Assembly: GCA_019056805.1 (NCBI GenBank)
Contig: DXJG01000001.1
Coordinates: forward strand, 120,001-152,000
From: Candidatus Baldrarchaeota archaeon
GTDB lineage: Archaea; Asgardarchaeota; Baldrarchaeia; Baldrarchaeales; DXJG01
Direction of reading: 5' to 3'
DNA: 32,000 nucleotides
Positions within the stretch are counted from its first letter, which is position 1, and each line of letters starts with the position of its first letter. Below the pieces are notes generated by a model. It was not told the DNA's origin and searched no databases. It worked only from the letters and a program-made list of their open reading frames with translations. This document shows, piece by piece, positions 8,737 to 16,759 of the stretch. The translations under genes were made by a program, and so were the position numbers.

Positions 8737-9767
8737 TATTCATCCTCCACCACAACCATGAAGTCCTTGGGATTTCCACCGATAATCAACCTATAATAAT
8801 AAAAATCATTTGATTGAAGGACTTTCTCGATAGTTCCTTGAACAACAACCTTTTCGCCTACACGAGCTTGTTCGCAAAATCTACCTCTAAAAGACACAAT
8901 TTCCTTTAGTGGGGCAACAGGATTTCCCTGTAAAAAAACAATACTATCTATAAGATATCTACATGGCGTAAAGATAGCTTCCTCATCATTGGTAATCCGT
9001 GCTTTTATCTTTGCCCTTCCTATAGGAACATAAATCTTTTCACCATACTTCTCTGTAATTTCACTCCAATCCTTAACAAATCTAATAAAATAATCTCTTC
9101 CTTTAAATTCTCCCTGCATAACTTTTCTTATTTCTGTTTTAATGAACTGTTCAAAAGAAACCTCAGTATCCCTGGCCCTAAATTTGTAAAGTTTTTTTAA
9201 ACCATTTTCATCGTAACTTTTAATGGGAGTTTCGGAAGAAACAAGCCACCTTAAAGCTTCATAGATCCTTACACAATTTGCGGTCCCGTAGACGACTACG
9301 TCTATATCCGAGTTTTCGTCATGTAAGTCTACAAGAATAGAACCTGAGATTCCAATTTTCTCCCAAGAAATTCCAGATTTTTCCTTCAACAGTTTGATAA
9401 ATTCGAAAGCATCTTTTTCTATCCCGGTGAGATTTTCGGAACGGTGTTTCATCTCGTGTAACTTTTTCTCAGGTTTATAATGCTTATATATACTTTCGGT
9501 AGGTACACCTTCTAATAACTGGTTAAAAACAGGGTCAAAGTAAAGATATTTAGGATAATTTTCTAATAAATACTTATTTCTTTCATGAAGAGAATAAATT
9601 TTCCTATAAAATCGTTTTCCTCTTTTTCTTTTTCCTTTCTCGTCTGGAGTATAACGAACATATGCTATTACACGATCTGGAGGATGAATTAAACCCTTTA
9701 CATCAAATATTAATCCCTCAAAGCTTTCGACAAAGTCTCCTTCACGTGCCTTCACTGTTTTTCTCAT
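8736..9767 (-). CDS. Predicted Pol-beta-type nucleotidyltransferase (COG1665-like), paralog 1
   Basis: GISGSILVDLHDENSDIDVVVYG motif; homologous along its length to the downstream gene; TAATG stop/start overlap. Confidence 0.75.
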   Translation of the reverse strand: MRKTVKAREGDFVESFEGLIFDVKGLIHPPDRVIAYVRYTPDEKGKRKRGKRFYRKIYSLHERNKYLLENYPKYLYFDPVFNQLLEGVPTESIYKHYKPEKKLHEMKHRSENLTGIEKDAFEFIKLLKEKSGISWEKIGISGSILVDLHDENSDIDVVVYGTANCVRIYEALRWLVSSETPIKSYDENGLKKLYKFRARDTEVSFEQFIKTEIRKVMQGEFKGRDYFIRFVKDWSEITEKYGEKIYVPIGRAKIKARITNDEEAIFTPCRYLIDSIVFLQGNPVAPLKEIVSFRGRFCEQARVGEKVVVQGTIEKVLQSNDFYYYRLIIGGNPKDFMVVVEDE

Positions 9768-9967
9768 GCCTTAGAACGCACCTATAAGTATGTGTATAAA
9801 AGTTGCGAGTCCTAAGTCTACTTAATCTTTGTGTTTTTAGTGATTTCATAAATAGCTCATAGATATCAGTAACTTAGATTTTCATCGAACTTAATGTTTC
9901 GTCGCTGCGATGTTATTTAAATTTAAATTATAATTTATAAAAAAATAAACGGTCTTGATGACGGGAC

Positions 9968-10702
9968 TTACGATCTGGGAAGAGGCCATCCGAGGTTTTT
10001 TAATGCTTCAACTAACGACATAGCTATTATTGCCGCAAATATTGCTTGGAACAACCGTATTATTGGATATACTAAGGGGCTAACAACAAATAGATATCTT
10101 ACAGTGTCGATTGTTAATCCAAAGATCCCGTTATAAACAATAGGAATAGCAAATATAACACATCCAAGTGCACTGTCGGCCTGATTTCCAATAAATGCCA
10201 AGAAGAAGTAGAAAACGAAGCTCCATACATGGGACAATTCATATTTTTTCATGAGATAAATTGTCGGGAAAATCATTAATAATGCGATTACTTTATCCCA
10301 GATGACAAGTGCTGCAACGTAATAGTACTGTATAATCGGTTGACTTGGAGGAAGAAATATGAAAGCTGCAATCACGGCTGCCATAACAGCAAATCCCTTT
10401 TTCCATTGACCCGTATAAACAAGACCAACAATAAATGCATTAATAGCTGGATTAAATAAAAACGGCATACCAAAGGGACTCCCCGAGCCAGGAGGCAGAA
10501 GCCATGCTAGAATAGCGCCCAAAAGAGCAGCCAAGGCACCAAGATATGGACCAAGAATAATGCCAAAAACTGAGGCCATAGCGGCTTCAAGTTGTATTGT
10601 TAACGTTGGTAAGCCTATGATAGGTAAACCAGGTAAAAGCGAGAAAATAGCATAGAGTGCAGCGAAAGATGCGGTTAGAGCAGTTTCTTTTGATGATACC
10701 AT
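9968..10702 (-). CDS. ECF transporter S-component-like integral membrane protein
   Basis: Strongly hydrophobic; N-terminal ALTASFAALYAIFS and GIILGPYLGALAALLG helix pattern typical of ECF S-components; GGTGA SD upstream. Confidence 0.7.
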   Translation of the reverse strand: MVSSKETALTASFAALYAIFSLLPGLPIIGLPTLTIQLEAAMASVFGIILGPYLGALAALLGAILAWLLPPGSGSPFGMPFLFNPAINAFIVGLVYTGQWKKGFAVMAAVIAAFIFLPPSQPIIQYYYVAALVIWDKVIALLMIFPTIYLMKKYELSHVWSFVFYFFLAFIGNQADSALGCVIFAIPIVYNGIFGLTIDTVRYLFVVSPLVYPIIRLFQAIFAAIIAMSLVEALKNLGWPLPRS

Positions 10703-10726
10703 ATTATCACCATCTTGTGTAATTTA

Positions 10727-10742
10727 CTACATAAGTATGTAG
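10727..10742. promoter_or_regulatory. Palindromic operator candidate CTACATA-AG-TATGTAG
   Basis: Perfect 7-bp arms with a 2-nt spacer, about 25 nt downstream of a minus-strand TATA box, i.e. across the expected transcription start of the ECF gene. Confidence 0.5.
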
Positions 10743-10760
10743 AGATTTACAGAACACTCA

Positions 10761-10780
10761 TATAAATACTTTGTGCACAA
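10761..10780 (-). promoter_or_regulatory. BRE/TATA promoter candidate for the ECF S-component gene
   Basis: Minus strand reads TTGTGCACAAAGTATTTATA: AAAGTA BRE-like plus TTTATA; includes a perfect 10-bp palindrome TTGTGCACAA (10771-10780). Confidence 0.45.
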
Positions 10781-11105
10781 CTAAAGAATCCCTAATTACA
10801 ATAAGACTAATTTAGCAGAACTAGTTGATTTAAAGAGACAGTATCTAATAAGAGATAGGAAACAAGTTGTATTTCCATGAGTTTTGTTATTTTAAATCCG
10901 AAGTAAATTAAAATTTCTATTTTTCAATTTTAATCGAGTTTCAAAGAAAAGTCAAGGCTCAACCATCATTTTTCTTACACAAAACCGGAAATAGACATAA
11001 TGCTAAAATGCACTTTTCAAAGCTTTTAGTATAGTGGTGTTTCCCAAGTTTTAATAAGTCTATTTTAATTCAAATATTGTTGACATTTTATGGAGAGTGT
11101 TGCTC

Positions 11106-12530
11106 ATGGAAGAATTATGGCCTTGGATTCTCCCTCTACCAAAGAAAACCAAAGAACAGTATGAGATCTTGTTATCAGTTTTCAAATCCAAGGTTTCACT
11201 AGATATTCTACTTAATATGGATATCAATAAGAAAAACTATCAAAAAGAACTAGTGGAGAAAATTCCTCATTCTAACAAATCAATAATAAATGCATTGAAA
11301 AAATTTGTTCGCGCAGGAATATTGGAACAAAAAACCGAGAAAATTAAAGTAAAAGATAAAGAAGTCTGGGTAAAATATTATACACTTACTTTTTTAGGCA
11401 AATATCTTAAATTGCTTTTAACACCTATAGATAAACTATCTTCTAAGGATGTAAAGGAAACAGTTAAAGAACTTTTTTATTTTTATGCTAAAAGCATAGC
11501 AAAACTATGCTTTGACTTTAATATAAGCCATGAAGTTTTTCATAACATTCTAAATAAATTATATCTGACCGAAGTTGTAAAAAGAGTTAGAGAATCAAGG
11601 AAAAGTGTTAAAGTAGTCGTATTTGGATCAACCGCAATTGACATAATAATACCCACCAGTAATGCCCCGATTGGACACGATCAAACCGTAACCATACGGG
11701 GATACATAAGTGATGTTGGTGGTTCAGCTACCAATGTAGCTATAGCACTTAGTAGACTAGGTGTTCCAACAGCGTTTTCTGGGAAGATTGGTGGAGACTA
11801 CGGAGGAAGAATTGCTGTTGAAAGAATGTTAGATGAAAACGTGGATATCTCATCTATTGTAATCGGCGAAGAACTTCAAACTCCACAATCAATAGTACTC
11901 GTGGGTAAAAATGGTGTAAAGAAGATACTTGTTCTCTTAGGGAATAATCCAGCTTTATCACTGTCATCCCCAGCAGAGGTGGACTGGTCCTTGGTAAATA
12001 GTTGTGAAATTGTCTATATTGGTGAGGTATTTGTAGAAGTAGCTTCTGCAATAGCTTCTTATGCGAAAAGCATGGGAAAATGGATAGTGTATAGACCTAT
12101 AACACCGTTCATAAAAATGGGATTTAAAAAATTAGAACCAATAATTAGAAGTTCAAATACCATAATTTTAAATGAAATCAACTGGAATGGATTAAAAAGA
12201 TCAACACCCGATGTAAATGCCCCCGCAGACCTATTAAATTTAGGTCCCGAGGAAGTTATCATAACAAAATCTAACAAAGGTGTAGAAGTTCATACGAAAG
12301 ATGAAATTTTTGAATTTCCTTCCTTTAAAGTCAAGGTTGTAGATACAACGGGAGCAGGAGATGCTTTCGCTGCTGGTTATATTAAAGCTCGGTTAGATGG
12401 AAAATCTTTACGAGAAGCTGTAAAATACGCATTAGCAGTTGCAGCATTGACAACCACAAAACTTGGAGTAAGAGTAGTTCTCCCAAAGGTTGAGGAAGTT
12501 GAAGAATTCATCAAAAAAGCTACATTTTAA
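11106..12530 (+). CDS. N-terminal winged-helix domain fused to a PfkB/ribokinase-family kinase
   Basis: Residues ~15-105 show a wHTH pattern (YQKELVEKIPHSNKSIINALKKFVRAGIL...YYTLTFLG); C-terminal GGSATNVAIALSRLG and VVDTTGAGDAFAAG PfkB signatures. ATG at 11106 follows GGAGAG; a GTG at 11097 is an alternative start. Confidence 0.85.
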   Translation: MEELWPWILPLPKKTKEQYEILLSVFKSKVSLDILLNMDINKKNYQKELVEKIPHSNKSIINALKKFVRAGILEQKTEKIKVKDKEVWVKYYTLTFLGKYLKLLLTPIDKLSSKDVKETVKELFYFYAKSIAKLCFDFNISHEVFHNILNKLYLTEVVKRVRESRKSVKVVVFGSTAIDIIIPTSNAPIGHDQTVTIRGYISDVGGSATNVAIALSRLGVPTAFSGKIGGDYGGRIAVERMLDENVDISSIVIGEELQTPQSIVLVGKNGVKKILVLLGNNPALSLSSPAEVDWSLVNSCEIVYIGEVFVEVASAIASYAKSMGKWIVYRPITPFIKMGFKKLEPIIRSSNTIILNEINWNGLKRSTPDVNAPADLLNLGPEEVIITKSNKGVEVHTKDEIFEFPSFKVKVVDTTGAGDAFAAGYIKARLDGKSLREAVKYALAVAALTTTKLGVRVVLPKVEEVEEFIKKATF

Positions 12531-12597
12531 TGCTCACTAAGTTTTACATTCAATAATAGTTAACAATAAAAATAAAATAAATTTTGAGAGTTCAAAA

Positions 12598-13593
12598 TTA
12601 TTCCTTGAAATGTGGTATTATTTCCTTGCTTATTAGGTCTATGGCTTCTCTTACGTTTGGTCCTATAGGTGATCCTACAACAAATTGCGAAATTCCTAGT
12701 TTAATCAATTCATTTATACGTTCGATACATGTTTCTGGTGTTCCGCTTATTGAAAATGCTTCAATCATTTCTGATGTCACTTTTGAGAATGCCTCACCCC
12801 AGTTTCCTGCTTCTAAAGCTTTCTTAATAGCCATGGCATCCTCTACACTAATTCCATGTTTTTCTAGTACAGGCTCTGGGCTACCAGAAACTATGAATGC
12901 AACTACTGGTGTTGCAGCCTTAATAGCTTTTTTCTCCTTTTCATGTATGGAGAAGGATGTATACGCAGCTACATCAATATCGGCTAGTTTTCTGTTTGCT
13001 GCTTCTGCTCCAGTTTTTATGTACTTTAGAGCATCCCCGATATCTTTTGGGTGTGAAGCATTAATCAGAACCCCGTCACCCATACTAGCTGCTAATTGAA
13101 GCATTTTAGGTCCTTGTGCACCTATATATATTGGAATTGTTCCTTTCGGTTTGAAATTGAACTTTGCCTTTTGAACACTGAATATTTTTCCAGCAAACTT
13201 TACTTTTCCTGTAGTGGTTAAAGATCTAATTATCTCTACACTTTCTCTGATAGCAGTAAGTGGTTTTTTAATTTCTATACCCAAGAGACTTAATGTAGTT
13301 TTGTCCCCAGCACCGATACCGAGGGTGACCCTGTTTGGAGCTATTTCAGATAGGGATGCAACTGATTGTGCAGTTACGACAGGGTTTATAAGATAGGGGT
13401 TTGTGACACCTGGACCTAATTTTATTTTGTTTGTATGTAAGGCTATGGTTGTTAAGGCTACGTAGACATTCCTATTATTGAAGTGGTCTGTTATCCATAC
13501 ATAATCAAAACCTGCTTTTTCAGCCTGAATTGTATAAAATGTGGTTCTCCAATACAAATCCATAGGAACGAATTCTATTCCAAACTTGACCAT
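12598..13593 (-). CDS. mer: F420-dependent methylene-H4MPT reductase
   Basis: KFGIEFVP, WITDHFNNRNVY, LGPGVTNPY, LGIGAGD, IGAQGPKML, VGSPIGP. Confidence 0.95.
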   Translation of the reverse strand: MVKFGIEFVPMDLYWRTTFYTIQAEKAGFDYVWITDHFNNRNVYVALTTIALHTNKIKLGPGVTNPYLINPVVTAQSVASLSEIAPNRVTLGIGAGDKTTLSLLGIEIKKPLTAIRESVEIIRSLTTTGKVKFAGKIFSVQKAKFNFKPKGTIPIYIGAQGPKMLQLAASMGDGVLINASHPKDIGDALKYIKTGAEAANRKLADIDVAAYTSFSIHEKEKKAIKAATPVVAFIVSGSPEPVLEKHGISVEDAMAIKKALEAGNWGEAFSKVTSEMIEAFSISGTPETCIERINELIKLGISQFVVGSPIGPNVREAIDLISKEIIPHFKE

Positions 13594-13620
13594 AACTCAT
13601 CCCCTCTTATCATTTTTACT

Positions 13621-13887
13621 TTACTTTTTCAACTCCTTAGCAACGTCCCCTAGACCAGCGTTACTCAATAGTTCTACAGTCTGTTCCGGTTCGATGGTAT
13701 ATGCTGCTTCGAGCAATTTCTGAAAACCTTCATCAGATTCAAGTTTGTCATATTGCCAGTAATGAAGAAGCAAATTAGCTGTGCTGCTTGGAAGCTTAGA
13801 AGCATTGCCAGATCGCAATAATATGTCAATTAAAGGTGTAACTAGGCCTTTTCTTTTTTCTAAATCTATTTTTTTCACAAGTTCCAT
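13621..13887 (-). CDS. Small hypothetical helical protein between mtd and mer
   Basis: 88-aa ORF filling the gap exactly (16 nt after the mtd stop, 27 nt before mer), GAGAGGG SD-like sequence upstream, protein-like composition. Confidence 0.75.
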   Translation of the reverse strand: MELVKKIDLEKRKGLVTPLIDILLRSGNASKLPSSTANLLLHYWQYDKLESDEGFQKLLEAAYTIEPEQTVELLSNAGLGDVAKELKK

Positions 13888-13903
13888 TTCGAACCCTCTC
13901 CGA

Positions 13904-14752
13904 TTACTCAGGTTTTTTAGGTTTTTCGATGAGTTTTCTTTTACTTAAAATTTCTCCAGTTTTGTGATGGGGCATTCTCAATAAGTAATCTCCATATTTT
14001 TCTATTTCTCGAGCTTCGTCAGCAAGCATAGCAGCTATTCGAATCATTTCATGGGCAGCAGCTACAATTGGAACATATCTTTCCATTTCTTTTATCATAA
14101 AGCAGCCTTCCACGGTAAGACTTGCAGCACTGCGAGCTATTTCATGAGCAGCCATAGCTTTTGCCAACGCATATGGATTCGAGAATCCTGCAGCCTTTAC
14201 AGCATTTTCTTTTTCAATGACTATTCTTGGAAGCTCAGGTTTTTCTCCTTTCTTTATTTGATCAATTACTCTGCCGATTTCTCTGTACACTATAGAAAAT
14301 ACACCAGTTACTGAAAGAACTTTAATTAAATCAGCGTTAAAGATAGCCATTTCTATTGGATCAAGAAATTCTCGTCTGGCACCGATCATAGCATCAGCGG
14401 CAATGATAAAATAACCCATATTTTTCTCTTCAATATCTTTCACCGCTTTTTTCCCAGGTTGATCACTGATAACTATTGTAGGAATATTTGATTGGGCTAA
14501 AATTTCTCTAGCCTTTTTGGGTCCAGGTAGTGCAGCATTTGGACTAATCACGATGATAAGATCCGGTTTGAAGTCTAAGATTTTTTTAGCAACTTCTTCT
14601 GCTTGCGCTGGACCCATTTTAGCTCCGCTTCCAACTACACGCACATCTAAATCTTCTCTATCAGCTCTTTCATCAAATAGAAACTCGATAAGAGGTGCCG
14701 TGCCAATATTACCGCATTTTACAACTCCTATTTTTATTATTCGCCCTTCCAT
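13904..14752 (-). CDS. mtd: F420-dependent methylene-H4MPT dehydrogenase
   Basis: KIGVVKCGNIG, DERADRED, GSGAKM, SPNAALPGP, MIGARREFLDPIEMAIFNAD, AAAHE; likely start is the ATG at 14752 after GGGGG (the ORF track start 14839 is AT-rich upstream sequence). Confidence 0.95.
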   Translation of the reverse strand: MEGRIIKIGVVKCGNIGTAPLIEFLFDERADREDLDVRVVGSGAKMGPAQAEEVAKKILDFKPDLIIVISPNAALPGPKKAREILAQSNIPTIVISDQPGKKAVKDIEEKNMGYFIIAADAMIGARREFLDPIEMAIFNADLIKVLSVTGVFSIVYREIGRVIDQIKKGEKPELPRIVIEKENAVKAAGFSNPYALAKAMAAHEIARSAASLTVEGCFMIKEMERYVPIVAAAHEMIRIAAMLADEAREIEKYGDYLLRMPHHKTGEILSKRKLIEKPKKPE

Positions 14753-14810
14753 TATTTTTCCCCCATTATTTTCTTCCAGTAAAATATTCAACAAACATAA
14801 TTTAACTGTT

Positions 14811-14818
14811 ATATATAA
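14811..14818 (-). promoter_or_regulatory. TATA box candidate for mtd-hyp-mer
   Basis: TTATATAT on the minus strand about 60 nt upstream of the mtd ATG, in the divergent intergenic region. Confidence 0.35.
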
Positions 14819-15048
14819 GTTTACTAGAATAACATTCATTACATAATTTTCGATATTTTTATGTTCACTTTACGTTTTAACACGTTTTTAATATCATTTT
14901 TTAACCTAAATGATAATAATTCGGTGGTTTAACACTAGAGAAGAGAAGTTACTATTATTGTTAATTTAGCATTTTTCAACTCTAGCTAAAATCTCAAAAA
15001 GGTTAAAAGCTAATATTATCAACATAACTCTGAGATTGAATCACCATC

Positions 15049-15056
15049 TTTATAAT
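15049..15056 (+). promoter_or_regulatory. TATA box candidate for fwdDBAC-mch
   Basis: TTTATAAT about 28 nt upstream of the fwdD ATG; GAGAGGG SD-like sequence between them. Confidence 0.35.
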
Positions 15057-15083
15057 TTATTAACAGAGTAGAGAGGGCCAAAT

Positions 15084-15479
15084 ATGATTAAAGTAATTTT
15101 AATAACGGGTAGGAGTTTGGATCAAGGAATCTCTAAGGAGTATGGTAAATTTTCTAAAACATACATGGAAAAAGTTGCTGTATGTGAGCTAGACGCAGAA
15201 GATATTAAAACGCTTGGAATAAATCCGGGTCAGAATGTTAAAGTGAAAACAAAATATGGAGAGGTCGTTGTTAAAGCTGTTGAATCTACTCAAGCTCCGC
15301 ACAAGGGTATAGCTTTTATACCCTATGGTCCTTGGGCCAGCAGTGTAATGCCTTCAACTACGGAAAGTACTGGCATGCCTTCACTTAAGGGAATAGAAGC
15401 AACGATAGAACCAGCTTTGGGTGAAGAAATTTTAGATCCTAAAAAACTCATAAAAACGATTGTGGGGAGAGAGCCTTGA
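15084..15479 (+). CDS. fwdD: Formylmethanofuran dehydrogenase subunit D
   Basis: LITGRSLDQG, VKVKTKYGEVVV, FIPYGPWA, TGMPSLKG; overlaps the fwdB start (TTGA). Confidence 0.93.
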   Translation: MIKVILITGRSLDQGISKEYGKFSKTYMEKVAVCELDAEDIKTLGINPGQNVKVKTKYGEVVVKAVESTQAPHKGIAFIPYGPWASSVMPSTTESTGMPSLKGIEATIEPALGEEILDPKKLIKTIVGREP

Positions 15480-16759
15480 AAACCATAAGTAATGTTGTAT
15501 GTCCGTTCTGTGGAAGTCTATGTGATGATATAGAAGTAGATGTAGAAAACGGTCAAGTGACAAAAGTAAGGCGAGGATGCGCAATAAGTATAGCAAAATT
15601 TACAAAATACGGTGAAGAGAGGATATATAAGCCGAGAATAGATGGAAAAGAAGCATCATTGGAGGAAGCTATAGATAAAGCTGTTGAAATACTTGCAAAT
15701 GCAAAATACCCAATTCTATACGGTTGGAGCTGTACCTCAACAGAAGCAATAAACGTAGGTATAGAAATTGCAGAATTAATAGGCGGGGTAATGGACAATA
15801 CAGCATCTGTATGTCACGGACCCACTATAATAGGGGAGCAAGATGCCGGAATATCCACATGTACATTAGGTCAGGTGAAACATAGAGCAGACCTTATAAT
15901 ATATTGGGGATGCAATCCGGCACATGCTCATCCAAGACATATGGCTAGATACTCTGCAGCAAGTAAAGGAAAATTTGTAAAAGGCAGAAATGAAAGAAAA
16001 GTGATCGTAGTTGATGTAAGGAAAACTCGCACAGCTAAAGCAGCTGATATATTTATTCAAGTTGAACCAAACTCAGATTACGAATTGTTAACAGCTCTAA
16101 GATGGGCAGTAAAAAACGGAGAATTAGAACAGCCGAAAATTGCAGGAATACCCGCGGAGAAAATAGAAGAAATAGCAGATATGTTAATTTCATGCCGATT
16201 TGGAGCATTGTTCTTTGGATTAGGATTAACCATGTCAGCAGGGAAAGCGAGAAACATAGAAGCAGCTGTATCCCTAGTTAGAGAATTAAATAATTACACA
16301 AAATTTGTAATGATGCCTATGAGAGGACATTTTAACGTTACCGGCGCCAACGAGGTAATGGCATGGATAACAGGTTATCCCTTTGCAGTCGACTTTAGTA
16401 GAGGTTACCCGTTCTATAACCCTGGAGATACAACTGTTGTTGATATACTTACACGAGGAGATTGTGACGCAGCACTAATAGTAGCCTCAGACCCCGTTTC
16501 AGGCTTTCCAACCGAGGCAGTAAGAAATCTTGCAAAGATCCCCGTAATAACAATTGACCCTCACGAGACACCAACAACTATGATATCAAAAGTGGTTATA
16601 CCAACAGCTTTGGTTGGAATAGAAGCGGAAGGATCAGCCTATAGGATGGATGCAGTACCTTTGAGACTTAAGAAACTTGTTGATCCACCGCCAAATATTT
16701 TATCGGATGAAGAAGTTCTAAAAATGATTCTTAAAAAGTTAAAAGAGAGGGTGGGATAA
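15476..16759 (+). CDS. fwdB: Formylmethanofuran dehydrogenase subunit B (Mo/W-pterin, Cys-ligated)
   Basis: CPFCGSLCDD, DNTASVCHGP, WGCNPAHAHPRH, MPMRGHFNVTG, EGSAYRMD. Confidence 0.96.
   Translation: MKTISNVVCPFCGSLCDDIEVDVENGQVTKVRRGCAISIAKFTKYGEERIYKPRIDGKEASLEEAIDKAVEILANAKYPILYGWSCTSTEAINVGIEIAELIGGVMDNTASVCHGPTIIGEQDAGISTCTLGQVKHRADLIIYWGCNPAHAHPRHMARYSAASKGKFVKGRNERKVIVVDVRKTRTAKAADIFIQVEPNSDYELLTALRWAVKNGELEQPKIAGIPAEKIEEIADMLISCRFGALFFGLGLTMSAGKARNIEAAVSLVRELNNYTKFVMMPMRGHFNVTGANEVMAWITGYPFAVDFSRGYPFYNPGDTTVVDILTRGDCDAALIVASDPVSGFPTEAVRNLAKIPVITIDPHETPTTMISKVVIPTALVGIEAEGSAYRMDAVPLRLKKLVDPPPNILSDEEVLKMILKKLKERVG

Noticed and set aside
15476-16759. Possible selenocysteine recoding in FwdB, HdrA or MvhD
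   Set aside because: All relevant positions are Cys codons in uninterrupted frames; no in-frame TGA.
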